A stretch of 63,737 nt of DNA, filler included, from Choristocarpus tenellus KU-1152 (taxonomy: Eukaryota > Protista > Phaeophyceae), in assembly GCA_964200185.2 (NCBI GenBank). It is 11 parts of 11 records of this genome, joined end to end, with 100 filler letters (N's around TTAATTAATTAA, not from the genome) between each part and the next. Parts side by side here need not be neighbours in the genome. Positions count along the whole stretch, not along the records: positions 51,020 to 55,011 come from CAXNAD020016771.1; positions 55,112 to 58,674 come from CAXNAD020019241.1; positions 58,775 to 63,737 come from CAXNAD020012359.1; 8 more parts are not named here. One strand, 5' to 3'. Numbering within the stretch: position 1 is the stretch's first letter; every line of letters begins with the position of its first letter. Shown here in pieces: positions 50,920 through 63,737 of the stretch. A program made the position numbers and the translations under genes. Under the pieces are notes generated by a model that saw only the letters and a list, made by a program, of their open reading frames with translations, searched no databases and was not told where the DNA came from.

Positions 50920-51749
50920 NNNNNNNNNNNNNNNNNNNNNNNNNNNNNNNNNNNNNNNNNNNNTTAATTAATTAANNNNNNNNNNNNNNNNNNNNNNNNN
51001 NNNNNNNNNNNNNNNNNNNACCTTCAAAAGTTACAAAATGCATAGCTCTGATTGGGCATACAATTTATGTGTCTTCCGTTCCAATCTTCCCGGTTATATA
51101 AATGCAAGTCCTATCGAGGATTAGACTTATATTATTCATGACCTACAAAGCATCTGATTATCGCCTGTCCTATGCCCCCCAAGCACAAAGCATACTTAAG
51201 TCTGGTAGTGCACAAAACAGGCAATGACAAAAATTAAGATGAGTAAATAAAGAAGGGCTAACGAGAGCAACAAATAGTACTGATAATGAATAAAGAGAAA
51301 CAAAAGAAATAAAAAAACTGAAAATGGATGGAAAATAAATAAAAACTGACAATAGATAAAAAAATAAAAAAAAGCAATATGTGAATGATGAGGGCAACAA
51401 AGTGGAAACTGAATAGAACATAAAATAAAACAAAGGAACAACAAAAAAGAAAAAAAAAAAAAAAAATCGGAAAATAAGGAGAGAAACAACTTATGAAAAA
51501 AAAGAAAAATGAAATAAAAATCAGGGGATGATGGGATGAGAACTAGAAATAAATAACATTAGAAAAACATAAGTGAGATATGGAAGATATGAAATATCAA
51601 GATTACAGAGAGTTGTTACAACATAGAAAAGAGGATAATAAATAAATAAATAAGTAGTGAGTTCAGTGTCTTTTCTAAGGACTTCAGCCTAAACAACCAA
51701 TGTAAATTAATGTGTGGTAAAATGTGGTCAGCTTCTTCATTTTAACTTC

Positions 51750-54700
51750 TGCTGTCTAATGTTCCTTTCGGCGACTATGATTATCATTGCTTTAATATCT
51801 TGTTCTAGCATGTACCGGCTGAACCTCACCTTGTCCTTCAGGCATACAGTTGCTACCTGCTGGGAGGTTTTCTGGAGGAGGCACTCATCTCTCTCCTGTT
51901 GAATTCCTCCTTACCTCCATCCTTCAACCATACCCTCCAGTGGGGTGACTTGAACTCAAAAACTGGACCCTGTCCTACCGGTCTCTTCAGCTTCCATCCT
52001 TCCACAATATTTGACACTAGTACCAATAGGGAAGAGACGTAACACATCCTCTCGGGGCAAGAGTTGTTCTTGGGTGGGAACATTAGTTGGGCATGGTCTT
52101 GTGTTAGGGTTGTGAAGGTCCTAGAAGGCATGATAAACATCCAACTGTAGTAAGGTAAAGCTGTTCATTTCTTCTGTTTAGTTACCCAGTCTAACAACTA
52201 TCCATCTTAGAACTTTAATTTGTACTACAATGCCATTTGCTAAGGTGTGACAAGGGTACATCGTTACTGCTGTATCTGAGTGTTGGAATGTTGACAAAAG
52301 GTACCCATGGTGACAGTGGTGATGGTTGGGAGCATTGACCTTCTCTAAACGGCAGTTCACTCTAGTGTTGTCTACAACATGTTGCTCCTAAAAATAATTT
52401 CGTATGGCAGCCCCATGATCCTAAAAGCCATATTACGCACTTTTTCCTCTGGGGAAAACGCTATTAGAAGTTTGCATGACCTCAGTACCAGCATTGGTAG
52501 AATATTGCACCCTCTGGGGTTTGCTGCATTTAAGGTACCTTTGCCTGCCATGTTGAGCTGTAGTAAGCAATTTTCACAAAAATAGATGAGACCTGCACCA
52601 GTGTCAAGGAGTACCTGGGCAAGCATTCTCGAGTGGACTCTGTGTGGGTGACATAGCAGGGCATATATCAATACTTGAGTAGTACTATAGGCCGGTGTCA
52701 TGGCGAATATTATCGAGGTGGAAAACGAAAGTCTAAATGTCTATAGTTGGACTCCATGGTGTAACTTCAAGACGACTCTGCAGCGTCCGTTGGACTTCTC
52801 GCGAATAGTGGAGGAAGTTTCGAGTCTTGCATCGCTGCTAGGTATCAGAGATTCGTTTCTATTAAGGCTACCATCTTACAAGATTCTACAGTGGATTGAG
52901 TACCCAGAGGTCTTCGGTGGGTTCCCGAAAGGTATGGGAGGATTCCCCTGGGAACTAACGAGTCGTTTTATATATACCTGCACTCGTCAGTTATGGACGT
53001 CTTGACTAAAGGCATGATGAAAGCATACTCGGTGTGCCTTTAGTCATGTATCGACTTCGTCGGCAGATGATGAAGGTAAGCCTTTGCCCGAATCGTGCCG
53101 ACTTCTATTGCTCGCCTAGTCTGTGGGTAGAGCAAGTGGGAATCAAAGCACCGGCTGGGGAACGGATGTGACTGGTTGAACGGGTTTTGATGCCTTGCTT
53201 TTGGGGAACGAACGAGGTACTGTGTTTGCTGGGAACGAAAGAATTTTCGGTATTTAAGGCTGCACAGACAGCGGGCGAGGAGTTCTGGGTTAAAACAGGT
53301 TGAAGCATCGGTGCAAGGGCTGCCAGTACACGGTTGACAACCTCTCTATATAAAAGTGGAGTTTGGCTTAGTACCCATTCGTGCATGGAAGTCCTGTTGT
53401 GGCGATATAGTCCCTATTTCTGACTGACGATCAGGGTTTCGACTGAGGCAGCGCAAGGGTGTGACATGCTAGCAAACAAGCGCATCTACCACTCACCCAA
53501 ATCGATGCAAGTCTCCTTTTTTTGTAATGCAGGTTTTGCAGCATTTTGATTGGCTGGGATAAATCGGTCGCTTCGATTGGATAACTCTTTTATGAGATCA
53601 TCCATAATCCGTAATGGTTTAATTCGACGGTTTACTATCTCGTTTCCCAAAGGAAAACTCTGCGAAAATCTTAGTGGGTGAATTTGGCTTCTAATCTGTA
53701 AAGAAAAAATATGTGTGAGGCAGAGTCCAATCAGTCGTGGGGGGTGTTCAGAATCACCAGTTGTGTGATGGTGAGGCCCTACCCAGCAAACCCAAAGCTC
53801 TCTCAGCCATCAAATCTTAGGAGAAGTTATAAGAGAATCCCAGTTCCACCAGATGACGTTACATCTTGGTGATCGTCACTGGTAAGAAGTCTGAGAATTC
53901 TCAAGAGTTCTCTGTGTTTGATGTTGTTAGGAACATCACCAATGACAAAGAAATGTGCGCGCAATGCACTTGTGTGTGCGCGCGGATGTGTATTTGGACT
54001 GAGATCAGCTCCCAAAGGGACCTGTCCGTGACAAATACAATATATAATATATTAGAGAACAGAGGATAATTTGATATGGGTAGGACTTTGGGTAGGAGAG
54101 TTGGGCTCGTCGGTACAAATCAGTGAGTTAATCTTCACTTATATATCCCCCCCCAAACGAGCTTTACATATATGAGGCATCCGCAAGTCTACCGTATACG
54201 CTCAATAGTGGAAAACTAGGCTATTGCCGCAGCCTTCCACGTCACACCTTTCTCTCTCTTTAAAAAAAAAGTAACACATGGCAACCTTTACCACGATTTT
54301 CGGCTGGCCATCCAAAAAGGGTGCATTCTCTCACCAAAATATGAACGACTCAGTTGCCATAAGGTCGTCTCAACAGACCTATAAGAGCTGTCCTTTGATG
54401 CGTGGGACGTTGATTGCGGACGAAGCACCTGAAAGGACCGCTGTGTGTCCTAAGAAAGTCAGACAAGAATTTTCGACAAGCTCGATGCGGAAAGGGGTGA
54501 AGTTATTGATTCTTGGACGCGATGCATAAACACGTTGAGCCGTCACGACTGCTGTAATAGTTCTCCCAAGTCTGACCTTGGGCAGGAACATCTCCGAAGC
54601 ACTGATTCCCAGCGGAACCTGTGAAATAAAAGAACAGTGTGATACACGAAAAACAGATCGGGAATGTGAGTGTACGAATGGCAAGGAAGAATTACCTAGG

Positions 54701-55005
54701 CAACGTCTATACCATGGCAGTCAAAAACCACTCATTTACGACTATAATTGGATGATGTGGCGGTCAGAGACCATTCATTGTATAACAATGAAGGATGATG
54801 GTTCCCTCGGAGCCATAGATGTCATCGCACCCACGGAGATGACAAAGCTAAGACGAAAACCCTGCAGACGCCACATGAAGATCACAAACCCAAGGGGGAA
54901 AAGAAAAGAATCCAGGCGGGCGTAGGAAGCTACAAAGAATGTTACAGGCGCCCCTCAATGCTCACCTTCCAGGATGTACAACTCAAATCCAACGACCTCA
55001 AAACG
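51750..55005 (-). mobile_element. Degenerate Ty3/gypsy element: gag-region repeat (copy 2, 55005-52698), aspartic protease motif and RT/RNase H traces
   Basis: QVLLDTGAG at ~52615-52590 lies downstream of the repeat shared with 34005-36065. Weak pol-like traces continue to ~51750. A ~370-bp segment (~53700-54070) is absent from copy 1. Confidence 0.7.
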
Positions 55006-55711
55006 ATGCTANNNNNNNNNNNNNNNNNNNNNNNNNNNNNNNNNNNNNNNNNNNNTTAATTAATTAANNNNNNNNNNNNNNNNNNNNNNNNNNNNNNNNN
55101 NNNNNNNNNNNTATACCAAGCTGTTCTTTGTCCTTCATTAAAGCACCATCTAAAAGCCGCGGGTCCAGTGTGGGATAGTTCAACATCATTTCACAGAGCT
55201 ACACATGTATTTAATTTTCTTTAGAAAGAGAGGAAAAAATTAAAATAAAGTTGATATATATATATATATCCATTGTAGTACTGCTTCCTAAGTCACTTCA
55301 GCATTAAAATATATATATACTTTTAAGAGTGTTCAAAGCAGTTCTTGGGAATAGTTACAATAACTACAGAAAAAAAGAAATATTAATCAAAATAATATTT
55401 TTGTTGATTTTGTGTGAGTTCTTGCCCAAATAAAAACACATTATGAGGCTACCACCCAGAAAATCTCAGTAAAGGTCGACCTAAGTCTCTACCTATTTCA
55501 TCCCCCGCCCATTACAAAGCCGCAATAACGCCTTCCCAATGCAATACAAAGAACTGACATGGCAAACTGGTTGAACCGATGCTCAAACAGAGGAAATATA
55601 TATATATTTTTTTTACCAGTGAAATTTAGGCATACGCACAACATCATTTTTATATTATATTGTTCTGCGTGCATACATATAAAAAATATGTGTACATATA
55701 AATTAATAAAT

Positions 55712-55975
55712 AATACATATATACATACATACATACATACGTACATACATCATATATACATACACACACTCACACATACATACATGCATACATACACAGA
55801 CATACATACATACATACACACACAGACATACATGCATACATTACCCACATACATACAAACATGCATACATACATACATACATACATACATACACAGACAT
55901 ACATACATACATACATACACACACAGACATACATACATACATTACACACATACATACAAACATGCAAACATACAG
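55712..55975. repeat. (CATA)n-type microsatellite; similar tract at ~57930-58103, (GGAT)n-type tracts at ~45011-45060 and ~56208-56330, (GT)n(GA)n at 56479-56544
   Basis: Read directly. These tracts explain the spurious MYVC/HTYI ORFs. Confidence 0.95.
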
Positions 55976-56022
55976 ACGTACAAATGTCATAAGTTTCTTT
56001 ATGAGGGGCATGACCAGCAGAC

Positions 56023-56476
56023 CTGGTCGTAAGGAAGGAGAAGATGAAACCGCCGATGAGTGCATCGGGCAGTGTCCATCCTCAATAAGCCCCCGTTGAT
56101 CACGTGGAGATCGGGGCGACTTCCCTCCAGAGGACATGGAACAGCAAACACCACTGGTGAGGCTCCATAAGGAATGTGTTTCCTGTGTGTGTTGTACAGT
56201 GAGAGAATGGATGGATGGACGGATGGATGGATGGGAGTGACTGGATGAATGGATGGATGGATGAGTGACTGGATGGATGGGTGAGTGGCTGGCTGGCTGG
56301 CTGGATGGATGGATGGAAGGATGGGTGGACAAACAATAAAACGGTGCATTGAAGAGGATCCTAGACAGAAAATATATATCATCACACAGGTATTATTAGA
56401 AGTCTCTTGTTCTCATCACAAGAGTGACCGTCACCAATGCCTACAGAAATTGGATAGGAGTATAGGGTAGTTGGAC

Positions 56477-56548
<72 letters not shown>

Positions 56549-57371
56549 TCTTGGAGGTTGTGTATCATTCTTTTTATATTATTCCTTTCAACATTTCTAT
56601 TCTATTCTATTTCTTAACATCAACATTATTTTTTTAAATCTCAAGTATCATCATCGTGATCACTACCACTAAATACTGTAAGGGAGCACAGCCTGTAGGT
56701 GCATCGTGTGCTGGTTAACAAAGCAGCAGACAATATCCTTCAACGCCTTACAACAAAACCTCTTTGATCTCAACATCAACCTTTACCCCAGAGAGGCCCC
56801 GAAGTAAGCAAACATCAATTCTAACCCTAACCCTAACCCCATTCCAAACTAAACTCTTGTCTTACTCTCTCAACTCCAAGCTAACTTCAACATCAATAAT
56901 AATCCCGACCCAAGACTGATTCTAGTAGTAGCCCTAACCCCATAACCCCCTGAGCTAATTCTAGCAACATTACATTACTACAAGAATATTCTACAATAAT
57001 TCTCTCAAAAATCTCAAAATTAAAAATCAGACAAATAATAATAAAAAATTCCAATCAAAGGTTTGCGCGGAAGAAACGGCTCTTGATATAGCACGGTAGT
57101 TCCCCTATAACTCAATTAAAATCAGTATCCCCCGTCACACATCGTCAAAAGAAGAAAAAAAGAAAAAAAAGGCAAAAAATGGCAAATAAATTTTAAAAAA
57201 AGATATAAAAAAAGAGCCAGGTAGACAGTGACCAATACTACACCTTATTTCTGAGAATGAGCATGTTGCTCTAATGATTAAAAAAAACTAAAAACACACA
57301 AGCGAAAACACAAAAAAAACATATCTTTTTGTTGTTTTTGTTGTCATAAAATAAGAAAAAATATGTTAAAA

Positions 57372-57404
<33 letters not shown>

Positions 57405-58642
57405 GGATCTATGGATGCACCGAGGACGACACATTTCGAATCAAAGTCAGTAGACGCGGTAGAACGTCCAGAAAAAAAAAAGAAGCTACGCACACGCGGT
57501 ACTTTAAACACGCCTCCCCCAAGGTGTGGAACCCTCGTTTGCTGTTTTTTTTTATTTCTGGTGTATTGAGGTCGAGTGTGTGGCATTGATAATGTGTGTG
57601 AGAAACAAAAAAGGTTGTTGCTCGTGCGTCTGGAATTATGTACGCATAGTGAGCATCATGAAAACTCGTGCGTCTGGAATTATGTACGCATAGTGAGTAT
57701 CATGAAAGCCCTATGATGCACTGTGTACACTACAAGAGATTTTGTTGGATGTATGTATCAAGGGCGACCTCGAGAAATTTACACCTTAGCAACCTTAGTA
57801 CGACACCAACCTTAGTACAACACCTACCAATTTTGAACAAACAAAATACACATGAACGCGCACAGGCATGCATGCACATGGCAACAGAAATAATAAATAT
57901 AAATATACAAATTATAGATACATAATTCATACATAATACATACATGCATGCATACATAAACACATACATACATGCATACATACATACACACATACATACA
58001 TACATACATACATACATACATACATACATGCATGCATACATACATACATACATACATACATACATACATACATGCATGCATACATACATACATACATACA
58101 TACGTATTGAGAACTTGAAGGGAGGAAAGGGGAAGTTAAGCGATGGAAAAGGGACGGTGACATCACAATAAAATAATAAACTACTGGATAGCAAATGAGG
58201 AAGAAAGAAAGAAAATAATAATACAATATAATCAATAACAAAAAATAATAACACTAATAATAACAATACAATAAATAATAATAACGCCTGATAATAATAA
58301 TATAATAAATAATAATAACAATAAAAAGTTCTTAAAAAAGTAAAGGAAAAAAAAAGCAAATAAAACCCAAACAAATAAACAAAACGAGTACCTCACTGAC
58401 GTGTCGTACTTTCCAACTACCCATCGTCGGTGGTGCACTCCTTGATACACGTGTTGTGCGCGAACAAGTCTCCCAGGCTGTGGTCGCCCCTCTTCTCCTC
58501 CTTCAGCATGGGGAAGCATAATGCACGCCTCCACCATATCATGCAACTCCCGTGTGAGTCTGTTGAACCGCTCCTCAGACGACGTGCAGCACACTACATC
58601 AAAGCCTTCCAAGGCGAGGCGGAGGGCCACTGCCCGCCCCAC
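56023..58642 (-). CDS. CER1/CER3 (WAX2/GL1)-like protein, two exons of the WAX2 C-terminal domain (58642-58392, 56182-56023); partial
   Basis: The in-phase splice gives VGRAVALRLALEGFDVVCCTSSEERFNRL..LVRAQHVY..RWVVGKYDTSV|RKHIPYGASPVVFAVPCPLEGSRPDL..GGLLRM. This parallels plant WAX2_C (KLGRAIALYL..ERF..WIVGKW..PxGTxFxQFxVP..RRDC..M). Confidence 0.75.
57621..57708. repeat. 44-bp direct tandem duplication within an intron
   Basis: CTCGTGCGTCTGGAATTATGTACGCATAGTGAG(C/T)ATCATGAAA occurs twice in tandem. Confidence 0.92.
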
Positions 58643-59034
58643 CTAATGTCGCCACAACAAAAAAACACACAACANNNNNNNNNNNNNNNNNNNNNNNNNN
58701 NNNNNNNNNNNNNNNNNNTTAATTAATTAANNNNNNNNNNNNNNNNNNNNNNNNNNNNNNNNNNNNNNNNNNNNCATAGTCCCGCGCCTTCCTCAATTTT
58801 GAGGATCCCCTGTTCCTTGCCTACCTCTCGCTACTTTGGCTCAAACTCAGGTCACCCTCTCACTCCATACTACCACCTAATCCTTCTGGTGTAGGTTGAG
58901 AAAGATTATGCCAACCCACCTCTGTTGTATGGTTTGAATCAGGTATACTGCCCTAGTAAGGATCGAAGCAATAACAAGATTCTATGTAGAGGGGCTTTCT
59001 TATGTGGAAGTCTCTCATTTTGTGATGTGCATAG

Positions 59035-59252
59035 ATATAACAGCCGATTTCAAAAATTGAGGATGGGCTTGACCGAAAATTGACTGGGATAAAGTGTCGG
59101 TATGTTTTTTTTTGTATTGTATTGTATTGTAATTAATATTGTATTGTAATTAAAAAACAAAAACATATCGACACTTTATCCCAGTCAAATTTGGGTCAAG
59201 CCCATCCTCAATGAAAAGCTCCATCCTCAATATTTGAAATCGGCTGTTATAT
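59035..59252. mobile_element. Palindromic MITE (~215 bp) with ~75-bp terminal inverted repeats in a TA context
   Basis: Left arm ATATAACAGCCGATTTCAAAAATTGAGGATGGGCTTGACCGAAAATTGACTGGGATAAAGTGTCG mirrors right arm CGACACTTTATCCCAGTCAAATTTGGGTCAAGCCCATCCTCAAT...TTTGAAATCGGCTGTTATAT. The centre is AT-rich (TATTG)n. A second copy starts at 50850. Confidence 0.88.
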
Positions 59253-62200
59253 GGGGATTTCTACCTCTGTTTCTAAATTATAGGTGGTTGACAAGGAGTA
59301 TTAATGGATCGAGAAAACGCGACAAAGTCAATTCGCAAGTGAATATTATGTCGTACATGTTTTAACAGGATTAGGTTATTATAGGAGGTAATGATAGTCG
59401 TCAGATATTCAACTAATACTAAAACTAATAATAGGGAGAGAGGGTGAGGGGAAAAGGAACTACGCCAGTAATTGTAATATACTATTGTATATTTTATTTG
59501 CGTCAGTTCAGGGTCGTAAGAGATTTAATTGGGGGCAAGTGACGGTTATTGTGGTACAATGAGCAGGTTATTGTTCTATAACAGTCACAGTGGTAGTGAA
59601 AAGGTGTACTGTTCAGTGTCCTCCATTCTGGTCGAATGAGAGGCAGAAAGAATCGGTGGGAAGCATATTTACAAGAAATTACCGATTTCTCCTAAATCTG
59701 ACATAATTGCCGATAAATCGGGAATGTTTTCTTGTAGAAATTCAACATGATAACCTTTGTAAGTAATGGGAATTTGATTGCAGGTTACAAGGGCTTAAGA
59801 ATTGAGAAGTGGGTAGGTCCAACTCAAGTCAAGTACTTAACATTTTCAGTTTGGAAGTAGCTCTGCGTCTTCGAGAGCACCAGTACATAGGATAATCCCA
59901 AGAGAATTTGTAGTACATCAGCAGCACTGTGGAGTATCGCTCCAGGTGGAGAGTTAACGAGCGAGATCAAAATGATGCCAGACGAGAACAACCGAGATGG
60001 CATTGCGTTGGTCATGGCAGAAGAGGGTCGACCTCAAACATACTCACCGAATGGATCGACGGAGTTACCGTATCGTGGCCATAATTTCGATCCTCTGATC
60101 CACCTGGCGGAAGTTTTGTCCTTTTCGCGACGGTGCGTTGTCGGTGGGATGGTATATATTATGGTATTGCTGAGCGCCCTCTCCCTGGTGAGTTCGAAGG
60201 AGGAATGTAGCATCTTGACGACTATAATATCCAGCAGTTTGCTTACGCAATGCTTTGGCAGACCCCCAAATCGTTTCCTCGGCGTTTTTCAGCTTTGTAA
60301 CCTTTCGTTCGCCCTCACTTTGATGTCAGGTGTTCGCAGGAGGGCTGAACCTGGTACTTCTAGGATGGGGTTTCGTCGGTGAGGGGCGTATTGTTTATCT
60401 TCTGATTGTTTCTTACGTAATAGAATGGTGGCCAAACCCGTAGACCCCACGACGTTGTGTTGTGGTCGTAACTCTCGCCCGCTAGTTCAAATCGGGATGC
60501 AATACATGCAGTATAAGCCGGGGAATTACGATCCTTGTTCTCTTTAACTGAAGGAGTTCTGCGCGTATACTCTAACTGTTCGTTTGTAATTGCTTCGCTC
60601 CTTGTCTTCCCCCACCTCCGGTGTCTCCGACTGGGGACCCTCCGACTTGCCTCTCCTTTTCTTTGCAGTAACGGTGATGGCGACCACGAGCATGTGGCTT
60701 ACACGTTTAGTGTATGTGAGTGATCGAACCTTCTTATTGTGAGGCTGAGGCGCACGCATACGCAACTGCTGGAGGTAGTCATTTTTACTTCATTGCCTGT
60801 ACGCCTGCAGCATCTTTAGTCTCGAAATTTGCAAATCGGGAATAACACTCGCTCCTCCCCCCCCTCACGCTGTTTCCGCACGTGGCATAGCAGACCAGAC
60901 TATTTTCCTTCTTAAGGGGGGCGCGTGAGGAAGGACGAAGGAGTAACGGTTTTGCACAAGGGGGAATAGCGGAGAGAATGCTACGTCGGTACCCCGGCTT
61001 AGATGTCGGTCGCCTGCGGCTCCTTCTGATGGATCGAGACTTTACTGGAGAAGGTACGGTGGGGTGGTCATGCAGTGGGGGAGCGCTGGGGGGTGATCTA
61101 GAGAGAATATAAGGGTAGACTGTATGTGATACTGCCCTTGAACTGAAAGGTACAGGTCGTTATTCATTGTGAGTTGTCAGCTATCAATGGGGGCGAATAA
61201 TCGGGGAGTCACAATGTCTGAGCGTTGGAGCGATGCCTTCTTTTTCTCAAATATCATTGTTTGAGTAGAGTGCGTAGTACTGGTCAGAGAAGTACACTGT
61301 TGAAGCATTAATTAGATTCTTTCTCCTCTCACTCTAGCATGCTATAGTGGTCGACGTTGTGCTTTTTTCTGACTGGGCATATTTTATAGGGGAGCTGAAC
61401 GAAGGCAAGTTAGTCGTAAGGGGGTCCTTTTGTAGAAGAAACAGCTTACTGTTGGACCTTTTGCAAATTCTGGCATGGTGTTAGTGTTCGCTCTCGCTTT
61501 TGAGCAATTTGTTTGAAAGAAGAGAGAGTTGAGAGCTTTTCTGTGTAGAAAACACTGCGCAACAACATTTCTTTTGGAAGTTGCAGAATGTTTTAGCGTG
61601 TGGGCTAAACATTTCCATCAAGCTCATACATACTTGTCTCAGGTGAAGGGACCCCTTCAACGCTATGTACCGTACGCGGACGAGAAAGGATCCAAAAATG
61701 AACTAACCTTTCATTTTCTGGTGATTGTAAGAATATTAATTCTCGACTTTTCAACCGTGGAAACAGTGAGAGAGTGATAGGTCTGAAGTTCAACTCGGGA
61801 AATATATGAACAATAATGGTTCTGAGCTCCACCCGTTGAAAAATAAATAGTAATTCTGACTTTCCAGTTGTGAAGACTTGACAAGCAAGTGATCCAACTT
61901 GGGAGATAACCATGAATGAGATAGTAGTTTATCTTTGGTACACTCTTTCTGAGCATAGGATTTAAGGAGTTATGGGCCTAGTAACACTTGCTATTTCTAC
62001 AGAGTAGTGTGAAAGGGAGACGTGCTTGTCCATCTCAAAAGCCTCTAAATCATGGCATGCATTGGAACTAATTCACGCATTCAGTTTGCGTGGTCGTGTA
62101 AGAAGTAGCACATGCTGTGAAATAACTGTTCACAACTTATGTAGTGATACTTTTTTTTTTGTTGTCTCACCTGTGTCTATCTGATGTAGGTACCACTAGC

Positions 62201-62866
62201 ATTCATACCTCACAAACAATAAAACTGGGAGGAGTTCCCAAACCTATGTGCTGCATTTTGGGTAAAGTGTTATTTCAAGTGTATATGCATGGATCTCATT
62301 TTTGAAAGTGAGATCCGTTCTCCTTAGGAGATATTACTTGCTTAGGCCATGCACGGGTGGTTACTAATGCACCTTTTAAAAATGAAATGAGGCTGAAACT
62401 GTAGATGGCATGTGGTGTCAATGGGTAGGCGATGGGTGGTCTCTTGTGCAGTTCCTGTGCAGTGCTGGTGTGTATCATCTTTCAAAGTGGTGGAAGCACT
62501 CGGGAGCAATTAGCAACTAATTGGTTCAGTGACGTTTGTCAGCATGAGAGCATCGCCGTCGGACCACTGGTGTGGGGTCAGGGTCAGGGTCAGGGTTAGG
62601 GTTGATTGGTTTCATGGCAAAAATCGGGCAAAGAGGAAGAAGTCATATTGTTGACACGTGCTTGCTCTAATACTTCTTTCTGTATAGCAAATCAGAAACC
62701 TTACCGCACCTATCGTATCAGACCAACATCCTCTCTCGTGGACTTTGTCACCATCCATGGAACTGATCTCTACTACCGTACTGTACAATTTTATTTTTAT
62801 TTTTATTTTTTATAACTGGCGTCCCGTACCGTTAGCAGGCGAAAGTCCTCTTGATGGTGCTACATA

Positions 62867-62904
<38 letters not shown>

Positions 62905-63737
62905 GCCGCTGCTAAGCCAATGGCCTCTTTCCCACCCACCCTCTCACCGTGGGGGAAAAAAAAAAATAATAATAATAAAAAATGTATGTATGTATGTATG
63001 TATGCATGCATGTATAAAAAAAATGTGTTGTGTCTGATGTGCAACAGACTATCAGGCACTGCTTGCTCTGGATGAACACAACGAGGTGCCGTCTACGGTG
63101 GGTGCTTCTGAGGCGGAGATAAGACGAAATCCTTCTTTCCTAGTCGGGTGAGAGAGGGAGGGGCTCTCCTACCTATCGCCGCGCGCGTGTTTGCATAACC
63201 TTTTTTCTTTTTTTCAATGCATTTTTTTTTTTCTTCCAAGAGTTAGGACGTCGTGTGCACGTCGCTTTTTTGTTGTTGTTGTAAAAAATATGAATTTGGA
63301 AGTGTGTGCGTGCGTGCGTGCGTGTCGATTCTTTCTCTTTTTGCTATAGAAATATGATTGTGGAAGTGGAAGTGCGCACGTCAATTATTTGATTTTTTTT
63401 TTCTAATGTAAAAGTATTGGGTAGTGGAAAGCGCAGCGGACAAATAACAGGTATATATTTTTTTTTCATTTTTGACCCAAGAACAAGTATGGCGGTAAAA
63501 CAAGCTGGATGGTTGGGCCCTCCGTCATGAGACCTGCTTTTTTTGATGGGCAATGTAGGGGTTTGGATACCTGGTTCAACTTGAGGCGTGCGCAATCTTG
63601 TCGTTTTCGCACCGTATGCAAGAGGCAGATTTCTAAAATGTCCGTTGGTCCTACTTTTTTGAATCTGTGAGGGTATGCTACTACTGTCTTGTTGAGGAAG
63701 GTTAAGGGTGTTGGTGTTTGGGGGAAAGGAGGAGGGG

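Noticed and set aside
55559-58241. ORFs rich in MYVC/HTYI/HPSI
   Set aside because: They are translations of (CATA)n and (GGAT)n microsatellites inside introns.
16289-58774. Regularly recurring TTAATTAATTAA within N-runs, and apparent clustering of ENGase with the glycosylation genes or of HOP1 with the AP endonuclease
   Set aside because: The spacers are artificial contig joins. Genes on different contigs have no demonstrated linkage.
59824-60765. 136-aa ORF 59972-60382 and neighbouring short ORFs
   Set aside because: No recognisable motif or coherent exon chain; possibly decayed TE sequence.

Overview
This is eukaryotic nuclear DNA, not a prokaryotic locus. It is also not one continuous locus: 11 short contigs are joined by ten artificial 100-nt spacers (44 N + TTAATTAATTAA + 44 N), so gene neighbourhood only means something within a contig. 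Several features point to a photosynthetic stramenopile (ochrophyte), possibly a brown-algal relative (inference): intron-rich genes with GT-AG and some GC-AG introns, an ASAF-type bipartite plastid presequence, and scattered TTAGGG tracts. Recognisable genes, mostly partial: an SLC35A nucleotide-sugar transporter; a convergent paralogue fused to a DUF115/GT42-like glycosyltransferase domain; a plastid-targeted CreA-family protein; an ACL4-like TPR exon; a 2OG-Fe(II) oxygenase-like gene; GH85 ENGase; a Methyltransf_16 methyltransferase; meiotic HOP1/HORMAD; an APE1L-like AP endonuclease; and a CER1/CER3 (WAX2_C) gene. Mobile DNA includes several decayed Ty3/gypsy relics, a spliced DUF7869 (Sola-like) transposase pseudogene and a palindromic MITE in two copies. 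The standout is the intronless tail-to-tail pair at 1958-5472. An intact SLC35A transporter faces a sister copy that has lost its substrate-binding residues and carries a bacterial-type, sialyltransferase-like domain. This is a candidate transporter/pseudo-transporter-glycosyltransferase channelling module. All family assignments come from motif recognition by eye; no database searches were run.
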